A DNA stretch of 63,050 bases, counting the filler, from Reclinomonas americana ATCC 50394 (Eukaryota), in the NCBI GenBank assembly GCA_048213135.1. It is 28 parts of 28 records of this genome, joined end to end, with 100 filler letters (N's around TTAATTAATTAA, not from the genome) between each part and the next. Parts side by side here need not be neighbours in the genome. Positions count along the whole stretch, not along the records: positions 11,731 to 14,107 come from AFZH01024912.1; positions 14,208 to 15,929 come from AFZH01024914.1; positions 16,030 to 18,398 come from AFZH01024915.1; positions 18,499 to 20,865 come from AFZH01024916.1; positions 20,966 to 23,332 come from AFZH01024917.1; positions 23,433 to 25,795 come from AFZH01024918.1; 22 more parts are not named here. The stretch is one strand, 5' to 3'. Under the pieces are notes generated by a model, which ran no database searches, was not told the DNA's origin, and worked only from the letters and a program-made list of their open reading frames with translations. Within the stretch, counting starts at the first letter, position 1; each line of letters starts with the position of its first letter. Below, piece after piece: positions 13,114 through 25,755 of the stretch. Made by a program: the position numbers and the translations under genes.

Positions 13114-14107
13114 ATGCACTCGAACACCTCTCTCTTCATCGCGCTCGCCGCGCTGCTGCTCGTGCTCGCCTTCTCCAGCAACCAGGCGCACGGTGAGTGC
13201 AAAGGAAGCAAGAGAGAGCTCGAGGCCACGCGCACATTGTTTTTATCCTTTTGTGTGCGTGTGTCTCTTTCTTTCTTGTTCTCTCTCTTCCATCCCCATC
13301 TCTTATTTCACGCGCGCGGTTCACATTCAGCTTGTCGTCGTGTGTGTCTTGTTGCCTCATTTCTCCCGCACAAGACATGTCGACACGCCCAACTCACTCT
13401 CTTTCTCTCTCTCACACACACACAGCGGATTGCACGGCCCCTCAGACTGGCAGCGACTGCGGCTGCAACGCCGACACTGACTGGTTTGTTTGTGTGTGCC
13501 TCCCCGCACCTTCGAATCTTTCCTCACAATGTGCGAAACTCGCAGCAACGTCACCACCATCGACATGACCACCATGCTGCCTGCTGGCACCTGCAACCCC
13601 ATGGGCTCTGCCGGTACTAGCGACAAGTGCACATGCAGTGCGGGCTACTTTGGCGCCGACTGCACTGGTGAGTTTTTCCGACCCCCCCCCCAACCCAACT
13701 CCTGTCCGCCTGTGCATTATCTCGCTCTCGCACTCACTCTGCTCACTCTTTCCCCTCATTTTTCTCACACATCTTGCCATTTTCTCAGTTTCTCACTCTG
13801 TTTCTCACTCTTTTCTCCTGTTTCTTGTTTTCTCACCCTTCCACTCACTTTCTCGCTCTTTGACACTCTTTTACGCACTCTACTCACTCTTCTTTCACTC
13901 TTCTCACTCTTTCACTCACTTCCCACTCTTATGACACTCTTTCACTCACGTTCACTCACTTTCTCTCTTTCACTCTCTTTCTCATGAACTCAATTCGCTA
14001 CATCTTTTTTTTGTTGTCTCCTTTGCTACGCAGGCCAATGTGCGTGTCAGAACGAAGGCACCTGCAGCGACGGTGCCACTGGCGACGGTTCCTGCTCGTG
14101 TGTGGCC
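13114..14107 (+). CDS. Secreted EGF/laminin-EGF-like Cys-rich protein, N-terminal part
   Basis: Signal peptide MHSNTSLFIALAALLLVLAFS. Exons CTCSAGYFGADCT and GQCACQNEGTCSDGATGDGSCSC. A pyrimidine-rich intron spans about 13669-14033. Confidence 0.8.
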
Positions 14108-14207
14108 NNNNNNNNNNNNNNNNNNNNNNNNNNNNNNNNNNNNNNNNNNNNTTAATTAATTAANNNNNNNNNNNNNNNNNNNNNNNNNNNNNNNNNNNNN
14201 NNNNNNN

Positions 14208-15929
14208 TTGCAACAAAGGTGTCGGCATGTTGCTGAGCAGCAGCACTCCCTGCTGCTGGATCGATGTCCGTCTCGATCATGTCATGGTCAGCAACTGCAC
14301 TGTGACCACCACTGTCGCTGTTGCCTACAACGGACGTCGCACGCGCCAACAGAAGCGGTCGCAAATCGCGAATAAAAGCGCGGCCAGCTGCTGCAGCACT
14401 CGCAGCGAGACCCAGGGCCGGCTCCTGTCCACGCTCGCGGTGCTGCTGACTTGGATCCGGATCGTCGGCTGCAGTTGTTGATGTGTCCTGGCACACTGTT
14501 CTTGCAAGAATGGTCTCAATGGAAGCAATGCCCTCCGAGTAGGTCTTCCGCTTGTCAGCGGCACGCATCGTCTCAATGAAACGATTCTGACGTCGCACGC
14601 AGAGGCGATTCAAGAACGTGAGGGTCTCTGTAACGGATGCGGAAGCGAGCGAGAGAGTCGACAAGTGTTCCTCAATCGTCTGCATATCACGATGATCACG
14701 ACGTGATGATTCATGAACAAGCGTGAGTGTGGCGTGTTGTTTGCTCAATTCGAATGCACACTAACCTGCAGATCCACCCACATACTTTGAAGTGTCGCAG
14801 AGTCCAGTTTCAGTTCAACGCAATGGGGTGCGCGTGTCAAAATGCCGACGCGAGGGCGACATTGCACAATACAATGGCCGCGCGATTCTTGGCGACTTGT
14901 CTTTCGGGAAGCACTGTGAGCCAGCGCGACTGACGGTGCCGTGAGACCGCACTTGTACGTGCGAATGCCTTCCAGTCGAGCATGTGTGATCCTGATGGTA
15001 GAACAGAGAGAGAGTGTGTGTGTGTCATGATATGATGACAATGAAGACTCACTCCAAACATGTTAACATGCACGACAGCTGCATGCAGTCGACTAGAAAC
15101 AAATTTGCAAACCTTGTCTCTCCCGTGACATCATGGTGGTCAAGAAAGACGCGCAAGTATCGCGCACGAGTGGGAGCGACAAGTGCGGCAACATTCTCGT
15201 CGCCAACGATGTCAAAGTTCCCAACACTGACACTAATGAAGTGTCAAATGAAAAGAGTGAGAGGATGTGGGGTGTGACATTCAGCACGAAATAGAGCATG
15301 CAGGGCCAGAGTGCGCGCAACGTCACAGGTGGTTCAGTGTGCTCCGTGCTTGCCGCTGCACCTTTGTCGCCACTCCTGCAAGTCGACGCCGGCATCTTGA
15401 GCTTTCGGAATGCGACAGAGAATCCATCTCCCATGTTGACGTCCTCTTCGACTTGAATCCATACACACTTTTTCTTTGCAGATGCGCGAAACTTGGATAT
15501 GCCAGTCCCTTTTCTGTTACATCGGAGGCATCATGATATCAGCACAATCAGGCTTCATGCACACGCGTGCACGAGCGTGTACGAGACATGTCGACATAAC
15601 TTCTTCGGAGTGTAGGTCGCTCCAGATGCCGACGCCTTCTCCTTTGCCGCCTTCCTGTTTGTGGCTGCCGTCTTGGCGCCCTTGGCAGCTCCACGCCGCA
15701 GGTGATACCGTCTGCCCGCGATTGTTTTCAGCATCGTGGGAAACACACGTAGCCTGCAAAGAAGGGAAGAAACAAATGGAGTGCTGAGCGATGCGTGGCA
15801 TGGCCGACACAAAGTCGCACAAGAAAGAGTGGCACAAAAGGAAGGTCACTCACCTTCCCTCGTCGGTGCTTGCCGTGAGCACGAGTTCACGTCTCGCACC
15901 GTCGCTAGAACGGGCGAGGAGTGCAACTA
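14208..15929 (-). CDS. Hypothetical multi-exon protein, partial
   Basis: GT-AG splicing keeps an open frame (..TDEGRLRVFPTMLK..TPKKKGTGISKF..MLYFVLN|..MQTIEEHL..). No family recognised. Confidence 0.5.
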
Positions 15930-16029
15930 NNNNNNNNNNNNNNNNNNNNNNNNNNNNNNNNNNNNNNNNNNNNTTAATTAATTAANNNNNNNNNNNNNNN
16001 NNNNNNNNNNNNNNNNNNNNNNNNNNNNN

Positions 16030-18398
16030 TGCCACTCAGGAACGACAGAGTGCCGCCGACTTGGAGACCATTGGAGACGGCGACGGGCGATGCCGTAGTC
16101 GGCGGCGCATACACCCGACTGACGCTGTTGATGTACAGACCAGTGCCACTGTCGGCCGCATTGCGGAACAGACCAGTGTCACCGTCGGTGCCGAAAGCGA
16201 AGCCCAAGTCGATGGAATCATTGACCATGGTGGGTGCTCCAGTTGCCGCACGCACCGTGCCCGTGGACAGGAAAGTACCAGCGCCGGCCGCGTACGAGCC
16301 GGCGCCCACGACCATGCGCAGCGGATTGCTGCCGTTGGTGCCAATGTAGGCCTGCGAAAAAGCAATGTGGAGGAGCGTGCGTGTGAGCCAGTGTTGCGAT
16401 CACTTGATGTGCTCACGCGCACGAGCGCGCACGCAACATGCGTGCCACCGACTGTAACACCTCCGTCAAAGGCATTGGCGACATTGACATTGAGCACGTT
16501 GGTGCTCTGCGACAGCGCCGTGCGAGGCGTAGTGGCACCGGCCGCAAGTTGGACCTGGCGAGGACAACAACCGGAGACCTTGGTGAGTATGGAAATACAT
16601 GTTGCTCCACATCACGTCCCCGCCCACCTGTCCACCCTGGACGACCAGCGAGTCGGCGAGTGTCACCGGACCTGCTGCGGCCACCGTCATGCGAGTGGAG
16701 CCGCGAATCTCCAGTGTCACTGGCAGCGTCACTCCCGGTGACGATTCGCCCTTCGAGCATTAAGGTTGCTTGTGAGCAGAGAGGGAAGGGAAGGCAGAGA
16801 AGCGGGCAAGAAGGACAAACCGATTGTCGGAATGCCGCCAATGGCGTGCCGACTGGCGAACCAAAGCGTACGAGCTCGCCGTACACATCAAAATTACCCG
16901 TGAGGACCACCGGATCGGTGGACACCGACGAGGGTACGGTCAGCCGAGATACGCCACCAGACATGAGAGTCAGTGAGGTGCCACCGGAGGCGTTGAAAAG
17001 ACCAGTGTTGCCGAGAGTGTCAAAAGAGAAACCGACATCGCCATTGGCGTTGGCCGGCACACCGCGTGCAGCTCGCACACCACCAATGACGTGCAACGTA
17101 CTCAACGGCGACGCAGTGCCGACGCCGACTCTGTTGTTCGGCGTGGCAGTCACGGTGATGAATCCATTATTGATTTGCGTACCCGAAGAGAAATTATTGT
17201 TCGGGTTCACCAGGAGCCACGTGCCGGACTGCGTGCACATGTGAGCACCAGAGATCTGCAGCAGGATGAAAAAAATGGAAACAAAAACACACGTACCGCA
17301 GTCAACGCCGCAAGTGGCGACGGTGATCCGAGCTGCAAATCGTTCGAGAACAAATTGAAGAATCCCTGAATGATAATGGGACCGGTGGCCGGAATTGTCA
17401 TGCGCTCCTGGCCGCCAACAAAGAGATGCAGCGTGTCGGCGGCACCACTGGTACTTGCTGTCGTGGGGAAGAGTGTGCAGGTGATGAGAACATGACCATG
17501 CAAAGGGCATTGATGCGTGAAAAAATTGGCGCAACAGCGAGTGGCAAACACGCCGGTGGTTCCGTCGCCCACGAACGAGTAGCCGGTGTTGGGCGAAGTG
17601 GTGGACATGGACGGTGCGCCGAGAACGGCTCGAATACCACCATTAACCTCCAGCGATGCAGTGGCGCTGGAGACGGAGCCCACATTCAACTGCATGGTGT
17701 CGTCAGTGACGAAGGGATCGGCTGACACACGGCACAGCAGGCGAACGCAACTGATCCCGTAATGGTCGCCGATCCCGCCACCGCAATGCCACTGGAGATG
17801 GAGACAACATCGGAGGGCGGGATGGTGATGCGCGACGTGCCATCAATTCGCAGACTCAACGTGGATCCCTGCGCACTTGTCGAATCTGCCGCAAGAGTGA
17901 GCACCAGCTGTAGGTAAGCACACAAGAGAGACACACGCAACTCGTGTTGCTCGCAAAGAAACCCGTGTCAATGTCATTGATGAAGGCGTAGCCGGCGTTG
18001 GAGACAGTCGAGGAGGCCGGAACACCGATATTAGCGCGTACCGTGCCGTATACACTGAGTGGCACACTGTCGCCGGAATTACCGACAGAGACGGCTCCGG
18101 AGGTCAGAATGGACAACCGATTGTTCTGACCAATGAACACGCCGCCACTGAATGCATCACCACCATTGACTGCGCCGACGCGAGTCAGTCACCTGGAAAC
18201 AATTGACATGTGTCACCACCACCACCCGCCCACGGAGACGCAACTTTGCAGCTTGTTTCCAGTGGCCGACTGCGCAATGGCCTCGGCAGAGTTGAGATAC
18301 AAGCGACCACGAATATCCGTGTTGCGGTAGTTGACAATGGTGCCAGTGGTCGTGCCGGGGAGTTCGAAGGTCAGGTTGCCGCCGACGTAGAAGAGCAT
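16030..18398 (-). CDS. Spliced protein made of phage/bacterial tail-fibre-like repeats, partial at both ends
   Basis: At least 4 units of V-x-G-x-[VI]RA-x2-G-x-P..G[YF]xF-x2-D-x-DTG[LF]F..L-x-L..R-x-T-[IV]P, plus NRVGVGTASPLSTLHV. Several GT-AG introns. Confidence 0.7.
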
Positions 18399-18498
18399 NN
18401 NNNNNNNNNNNNNNNNNNNNNNNNNNNNNNNNNNNNNNNNNNTTAATTAATTAANNNNNNNNNNNNNNNNNNNNNNNNNNNNNNNNNNNNNNNNNNNN

Positions 18499-19841
18499 CA
18501 TGTTGGTGACGGCAGCTGTGTTCCATCCGCTAATGTTCTGGTTGAATGACGTCGCCCCCTGGAACATGTTCGACATGTTGGTGACGGCAGCAGTGCTCCA
18601 TCCGCCAATGTTCTGGTTGAATGCCGTCGCTCCGAAGAACATGGCCGCCATGGTGGTGACGGCAGCAGTGTTCCATCCGCCAATGTTCTGACTAAATGCC
18701 GCCGCCGCACGGAACATGCTCGTCATGTTGGTCACCGTCGACACATCCCAGTTCCAGTTGGCTCCTGCGCCCGTCAACGAAGTACAGCCGTAAAACGTGG
18801 CATTTAGGCTGCTGACATTGACAAGATCGGGCGTATCAGTGGCCGTGACTTGCATATTGGCACAACCGTAGAATGCACCGTTCAGGTCGGTGAACGCCAC
18901 ATTGCCCCACTGGCTGATGGTGCTCAGCTTCAGCCGATCACCGCTGTTGTTGAACTTGAGACCCGCAAACTTGCCCACAATCGTCACAGTGTACGTGCCA
19001 CTGGCGGCGTACGTCTTCGTCACCGTACCGGTGGCCACTTGCGAGCTTCCATCGCCCCAAAACACTCTAAAACTGTTGGTCGCGCCGCCAGCCACTGGCA
19101 GCTGCAACTGGTTGCTGGCAGTCCCCGCTTTGCTGGTGTCGAAAACCAAGACATGGCCGACGGTGCGCGCAGTTGTTTCGTCAGCCGCCACCGTCAGCGT
19201 CACCGAGGCCGTGGCCGTGTCGATGCCGTCAGTAGCACGATAGTCAAAGCTCCGCACGACGCCTGCGGTTGGCGCCGTTACGTCCAGCCGCTTGTCGCTG
19301 CGTCGTGTGACAACGATGCCGTCGGCCAGAGTTGCCGTGCTGCCTGTGCTTGGCAGATTGAAGACCGTGCCCCCAAAAGCCGTGTCAATCACCGCCGTGA
19401 CCACCAGACCCACTCCGGTGTCGTTAGCAAGCACATTGACCACCATCGGCACACCCGCGATAATAGTCGCCGCATCCGCCACCGCGAGCACCGCGCGCAC
19501 AGTGACGGGGCGAGTACTCGAAGATGATGTCTCTGCAACAGGGAATGAAACAACGACAATCCATGAGGATAAAGCAGAAGAAGGAAGAAAAGAAGAAGAA
19601 GAAGGAGGAGGAGGAGGAGGAGGAGGAGGAGGAGAAGAGACAGCAGCAGCAGAACAAAATAGGAGGATCTGTGGAGTTCTCTGAGTCATCATCAACCACA
19701 CGCAATCACCACCACCTCACATGCTGCAGAAAACCGAGACTCACCGACAGTGGCGGACTGATGTTGTGGTGTGTGCGGCAGCGCCGACGCGGCAGCGTAG
19801 GCGGTCAGCAGCAGGAGAGAGCTGATCAAGACCCGCCGCAT
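18499..19841 (-). CDS. Secreted Ig/cadherin-like + PKD-like + DUF285 (BspA-type) repeat protein, 3' truncated
   Basis: Signal-peptide exon (ATG 19841, MRRVLISSLLLLTAYAAASA) and intron 19744-19533. Then VNVLAND..SFDYRATDG, VFWGDG..GTYTVTI, ISQWG and 25-aa repeats FNQNIGGWNTAAVTNMSNMF. Confidence 0.85.
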
Positions 19842-20723
19842 CGCAATGGTCAACACGCATGCTGGCGTACGCGTGTGGGGCCGGCGTTGCCAAGCGGTAC
19901 TACCACGCAGTGGGTGCGCACTCATATGTCGTGAACGCACAGTTTTCTGCGATGCAGAGAGGTGAAACGAGGAAGCACACATAAGCGCGCGAAAAAACGC
20001 ATATGTGCGTGAGACGATAACCGACGAATCACACACACGCACACATGCACGCACCGGCGTCAACGTTTCTTGTCGCAGCCAGCTGGGTTGGCGATGAAGC
20101 AACAGCGTTGGTGTTTTAATTCAGGGAGTGTGCGTAATCATAATATATTCGAATTTTCGCCTCGTCGGCGGAGAGAAGAATGGCTGGGTCACTCCAAACC
20201 CAGCCAGACGAAGACGACGACGAGCCGCCGGAGATCCGCCCCTGCTCCACGACGCCCAACACGTGCAACACAACGCCCCCCACAACGCAACACACACGCG
20301 CGCGGATGATCATGAGTGTGGTGCAAGCGCACGTGCACGTGGTTTCAGCCTTGTCAGCAGGAGCAACAGCCGACGCTGGACTATTGCCTGCAGCTGTTTG
20401 GAGAAGAAAATGGTAGTTTGTGCCTTGGTCATTGGCAAGGGACCTGTGGATATCGATCCGGATCCGGAATGTGGTGAATTTGAATGAATTCGATCGCGAA
20501 TTCGAAGTGTAAATGAAATTGTTGTACACCAGTTGGCAATTCGATTTTTCTCTTTTTTTTCCCGGCTACGCGACAGAGTCTACTTCCACTTCCAGAAACC
20601 TTCATCCATCTCGCCGATCACCCTTTCCGTTCCCTACAAGCTGTGGTGTTCGGACATGCGGACATTCCACCGCCAGCGAGCACATCTGTCCTCTTCGCAC
20701 ACACACTCTCACACACACTCACA

Positions 20724-20865
20724 ATGATTCTGCTGGAGCCCTACAACCGCATGGTGTTCGACACCCTGCGCACACTCTTCGACACGTTGCGTCACACACA
20801 CAGCGCGTGCGTGCGTGCGTTCGTGCAAGATGGCGGCTAATCTCACCTTGTGACACGCGCACACA
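20724..20865 (+). CDS. ARPC2: Arp2/3 complex subunit 2 (p34), first exon
   Basis: MILLEPYNRMVFDTL resembles the conserved ARPC2 N-terminus (MILLExxNRI). Only about 20 aa are visible. Confidence 0.65.
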
Positions 20866-21299
20866 NNNNNNNNNNNNNNNNNNNNNNNNNNNNNNNNNNN
20901 NNNNNNNNNTTAATTAATTAANNNNNNNNNNNNNNNNNNNNNNNNNNNNNNNNNNNNNNNNNNNNGGTCGGCGACAGCGCCCAGTAAGACCAGTTAGTCC
21001 ACACAAGAAAAAGAAACTCAACATTCCAACCAGCAATCACCATGTCAGCAATCGGGTCCACCACGAGGCGCCAGCAATCTCTCTCTTTCGTCGCCGTCGT
21101 GTGTGTGCGCACTTCTTGTTGCATCATTATCTGTTTGTTTGCTCCATTCTCCTCTCTCTCCCTCCCCCCTCACAGTAACTTGAGCTCTCTCTCCTTACCT
21201 CTCTGTCTGATGTTACCATTCCTTCTCTCTGTCTCTATCTCTTTCACCACAATCTGCATTATCCCCTTGAAAAAATACACTTGCAACATGCTCATAGTT

Positions 21300-23250
21300 G
21301 ACCTCCTTCGGTGTACCCGGTGGCGGCGCTGGCCTGCGTCCGCTTCAATGCCATGAAACGGTCCAGAATGCTCTCGCGATGGTCCTCTCGCAACCTCCTG
21401 GCTCGTGCCGCAATCATGTCCACCAGCTCGGCGCGCTCGGCTGTTCGTGTCCATGTCAGTCACAGTGGAATAACGCAACGACTTCTTCGCTAGTGCGCAC
21501 GTACCATCGGTCAGCGTGCGCACAATGGAGCGTTTCGCCTCTGTCACCACCTCGTCGGTCAACCAAGGCTCGTGGTGATGTCCGTGATGGTGTTCGTGCC
21601 GGTGGTGGTCGCCGTTCTGCGAGAGGGCAAAGTACGCAGCCTGCTCGTGTGCAGGTGCTGGCACAGGTTCTGGTGGTGGCGATGGTGAGGGCGCCACCGT
21701 GTCGTACACGACCACTGGATGAGGCAGCAGATCATGGTGTGCGTATTGTTGCTGTAGTGGTGGCGGTTTTGCGGCAATCGGTGCGGATGCAGGTGCGGGT
21801 GCAGGTGCGAGTGCCGGTGCGGGAGCGATTGTGGTCGACAAGAGTGGGAGGCGAGGCACAAAGAGCGGAGTCACAGGCGTTGCCGCAGCCGAGACGGGCG
21901 ATGAGGTGGCGGAATCCGAGCCGCCAAGTGCGTCGACAGAGGGTTGCGAGGAGTGCAGACCGCTGTCGCGTCTGCCGTCGACTTGTGTGAGGCAGCAACA
22001 TCGTGGTGGTGGAGGGAAGGGCAAGGAAAAGAATACGCACGCTGAGAGAGCCGAAGGGAGCGAGTCTCGTGCGCGCACAATTGTTCCGCGATGTGGTGAG
22101 TGCGGCGCGCTGACAGGTGCAGCCGAATTCCTCGCGTCGGTGGACGCCAGCAAGTGCCTGATGCCATCCACAGCTGCGAGGGAGGGAGTGAGAGGCTGGT
22201 AGATCACACAAGGAATCAGCGTGTCACGCTCACCAGATTGACCTCCACCAAACGCGCTCTGCAGCGAACGAGGCGGATCACTCACGCCATCTGCATACAC
22301 GAACGAACGGATGAGCGACGAGCGGGGAGAGATGCACGATACGAGAGGGAACAAAAGCACACCATCACGCCCTCTTGTTGGCCGCAGCATCGGCATTGGC
22401 GACGCCCGCGATCCCGGCTGCGAGAATTGCTGCGGCGGCGACGGAGCATGTGGCGGCGCAGCGCTCTATCGCCACACTCCCGCGTGTCAGTCACGCACAC
22501 ACGTGCGATTCAACGCGTCAAGCACACACCTGCTCCGGAACCGACGGCGCCGGCGTCGTAGTCGTCACCGCCACTCCCGGATTCGTAATCGTCATCGCAG
22601 TCGCAGCAGCAGCAGCGGGCACCGGCCGCAGCGGTGGTGGCGCCACATACATGGCCGCCTGCGGTGTCAACTGTGGCGGAGTCGACGTGAGCCCGAGCGG
22701 AGGCGGCACCAATCGCGACGCCGAGCGCGGATCCTGCACAATCGCCGTCGCCCGAACCGACGACGCCAGCAGTGGCGGCGGTGGCGGCTGCCCATTGGAG
22801 ACATACGATGCAAACTGTCGTCTGTGTGCAAGGTGTGAGCAAGGTCAGCAATCGGATTCCGGTCCCGATATGCAATGAAATCGGTCCATTCCCTCCCTCC
22901 CTCTCTCCTGCTCACCGCAGCTCATCGTACTCGACCACTGGCGACATGGATCGCGACGACATGGAGGGCGCCGGCGAGGCGGAGGCCGAGGAAGGCGACT
23001 GTCGCTGCGGCTGCTGCAGCATCATCACCGACATGATCTGCTGCTGCTGTTGCTGGTATCGTTGGTGGTGTGCGGCGGGGCCCGGCGCGTGGACAAACGG
23101 GTTGGGCGAGCCGGAGGAGACAGAGGAGGCCATGGAGACGGGCGAGGAGGAGGCGACAGAGTGTGAGCGGCGTTGCATCTCGCCCACTTGGCGACTGAGA
23201 CGCGAGGCTGTGTGTGGGCGGGAGGAGGAGGTGAGTGGTTGTGCAGAGGT
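21300..23250 (-). CDS. Pro/Ala/Gln-rich low-complexity hypothetical protein, multi-exon
   Basis: Consecutive minus-strand open segments separated by GT-AG introns. Boundaries are approximate. Confidence 0.45.
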
Positions 23251-23432
23251 GTGTGTGTGTGTGTGTGTGTGAGTGAGTGTGTGTGTGTGAGTGAGTGTGT
23301 GAGTGAGTGAGTGTGCAAGGGTGTGTGAGTAANNNNNNNNNNNNNNNNNNNNNNNNNNNNNNNNNNNNNNNNNNNNTTAATTAATTAANNNNNNNNNNNN
23401 NNNNNNNNNNNNNNNNNNNNNNNNNNNNNNNN

Positions 23433-24734
23433 ACGCCGCGCGACTCGCATCGTCAGTGGGTTGCTGTGGCTTCCAGCAGCGACGGCACCAAGTTGGTGGC
23501 GGCTGTGCGCGACGGTGCGCTGTACACCTCCACCGACTCGGGTGTGACATGGACGGCCCGCGACTCCAATCGACCGTGGGTCGGTGTGGCCTCCAGCAGC
23601 GACGGTGCGAAGCTGGTGGCCGTCGCCCATGGTGGCCAGATCTACACCTCCACCGACTCTGGTGCGACGTGGACGGCACGCGAATCGGCGCGACTGTGGC
23701 GGTCGGTGGCGTCGAGCAGCGACGGATCGAAGCTGGTGGCGGTGGTCGGTAACGACAAGATGTACACGTCGAGCGACGCGGGTGTGACATGGACGGCTCG
23801 CGACTCGAATCGAAACTGGTTTGCGGTGGCCTCCAGCGCCGACGGCACGAAGGTGGTGGCGAGTGTGTACGACGGCCAGATCTACACTCTCAATGTCAGC
23901 GGTAGCTGCTGTGTGCCGAACTGTGCCGGCAAGTCGTGCGGCAGTGACGGTTGCGGCGGATCGTGTGGCACGTGCGGTTCCGGTCAGCAGTGCAATGCAT
24001 CGTTCCAGTGCGAGTGTGTGCCGAACTGCACCGGCAAGTCGTGCGGCAGTGACGGATGCAGCGGATCGTGTGGCACGTGCGGTTCCGGTCAGCAGTGCAA
24101 TGCATCGTTCCAGTGCGAGTGTGCACCGAACTGCACCGGCAAGACGTGCGGCAGTGACGGTTGCGGCGGATCGTGCGGCTCCTGCACCGTCGGCGACTTG
24201 CTCATCTCCGAATACGTCGAGGGCACCAGCAACAACAAGTACCTGGAAATCTACAACAACAGCGCCTCCGCTGCGGACCTCACGAACTACGAATTGAGGC
24301 TGTTCACCAATGGCGCGTCCACTGCAACACAAACTCTGCAGCTGTCGACACTTTCTGGCTTGCCCTCAACATCGTTGGCGTCGGGAGGAATTCTCGTGAT
24401 TCGCAACTCGTCGGCCACACTGACACTGCCGACCGGCGTTACGTCGTATGCGAATAACACGGTCATGGCTTCTTACAACGGCGATGACGCAATCGGCATC
24501 TGGAAGAAGTCTACGTCGGCGTACGTCGACATCTTCGGCGTCATTGGACAGAGACCCAGTACCTCGTGGACTTCCGGCTCATTCACCACGGTCGACAAGA
24601 CGCTGCGCCGCAAGTCGTCTGTCCTCTCGGGCGTCACGACGAATCCATCGACATTCGCGACGCTGGCGACGGAGTGGGATCAGTTCAACGTCGACACTGT
24701 ATCGGGTCTCGGCTCGCACTCGATCACCGGGTAG
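23433..24734 (+). CDS. Intronless bacterial-type mosaic: Asp-box/BNR propeller repeats, three 35-aa Cys repeats and a lamin-tail domain; 5' truncated
   Basis: (VASSSDGxKLVA..YTSTDSGxTW) repeats. CVPNCxGKSCGSDGCxGSCGTC at a 105-bp period. LLISEYVEGTSNNKYLEIYN..NGDDAI..TLRRK..GLGSH. Confidence 0.88.
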   Translation, partial: TPRDSHRQWVAVASSSDGTKLVAAVRDGALYTSTDSGVTWTARDSNRPWVGVASSSDGAKLVAVAHGGQIYTSTDSGATWTARESARLWRSVASSSDGSKLVAVVGNDKMYTSSDAGVTWTARDSNRNWFAVASSADGTKVVASVYDGQIYTLNVSGSCCVPNCAGKSCGSDGCGGSCGTCGSGQQCNASFQCECVPNCTGKSCGSDGCSGSCGTCGSGQQCNASFQCECAPNCTGKTCGSDGCGGSCGSCTVGDLLISEYVEGTSNNKYLEIYNNSASAADLTNYELRLFTNGASTATQTLQLSTLSGLPSTSLASGGILVIRNSSATLTLPTGVTSYANNTVMASYNGDDAIGIWKKSTSAYVDIFGVIGQRPSTSWTSGSFTTVDKTLRRKSSVLSGVTTNPSTFATLATEWDQFNVDTVSGLGSHSITG

Positions 24735-25004
24735 TCTGGAGGAATGCAGGCAACTGGAACCTGCACCGAAGCGGGTTCGCGTTCTGTGTCATGATCACCC
24801 AATCAATCGATATCGTGAATACGAATGAACCGGTTGGAGATCGATGGTTCCTGTCCAGTTTCTGTTATCTTTGATCACTTTACTGCGTGTACACAGCGAG
24901 CGTAGTGTTCGCACGAGTAGCATGTGCCCGACTGTGGACCGAAGAGAACACTTGTAGTCGATCGTAGGACGTCTTTACACAATCGATTTTCACTCGAGAC
25001 GCCA

Positions 25005-25469
25005 ATGAGCGCACGTTTCAAACCTGCTTTGAAGGCCATCGAGAATGTCGTGGCTGACGGTGCTGCGGCGGCACAGTCCGTCTCTGAGGGCCTCTCCATT
25101 ATCCAGGCCAATCCTCGCTCGTTCGAGAGGCTTCTCGTGGCGCTGGCCCAGTCCTTGGAGGAGTACAGGGGATCATCGATGTACGGCGTTCATGTTCACC
25201 AAGTCATTGGTGAGTGAAGCATGCGCACGTGCACGCAGCGCATGCGCAGCGGAGGAGGGAAACTGACTTTTTCCGTTAACGTTTCTGATGTAGCCACAGT
25301 TGCAACTATCGGCCTCAACAAGGACTACTACGATAACGAGTACCTCCAGGCACTCAAGGATGCCAACGCCAGACTGAACAAGTTGGAGGCATGCACAGGG
25401 GGACGCCTTTTGGAGCGCGGAGGAGATCCATCAATCGACCCGGGCACCCCTGTACCTCTTCCACTTTGA
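25005..25469 (+). CDS. Small hypothetical protein, 2 exons
   Basis: MSARFKPALK..VHQVI, then a GTGAGT..TAG intron, then ATVATIGLNKDYYDNEYL..PLPL*. Confidence 0.55.
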
Positions 25470-25755
25470 TTGCACACAATGAGCGCACCAGCACCAGCAT
25501 CAGCAGCAGCACCCGAGGCCAATGCAGCGGCCGCTGCATCAGCAGCACCTGCGAAGAAGAACGACTGGGTTCATGTGAGTATCTGTGTGTGTGTGTGTGT
25601 GTGCTCACATGCATTTTCACACACACACACACACGCCTCTCTCCGTAGCCGCACATGCACATACACATATACATCTTGTGCACATCATCGCCTGCACGCA
25701 CGCACTGGGCGTTGTGTGTGTGTGACACAAAACACATGGCTCACCATGTCACTCA

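Noticed and set aside
20449..20506. Cluster of palindromic restriction-like sites (GATATC, TCCGGATCCGGA, GAATTC twice) resembling a polylinker
   Set aside because: No vector context is visible. It lies in AT-richer promoter-like DNA upstream of the probable ARPC2 gene.
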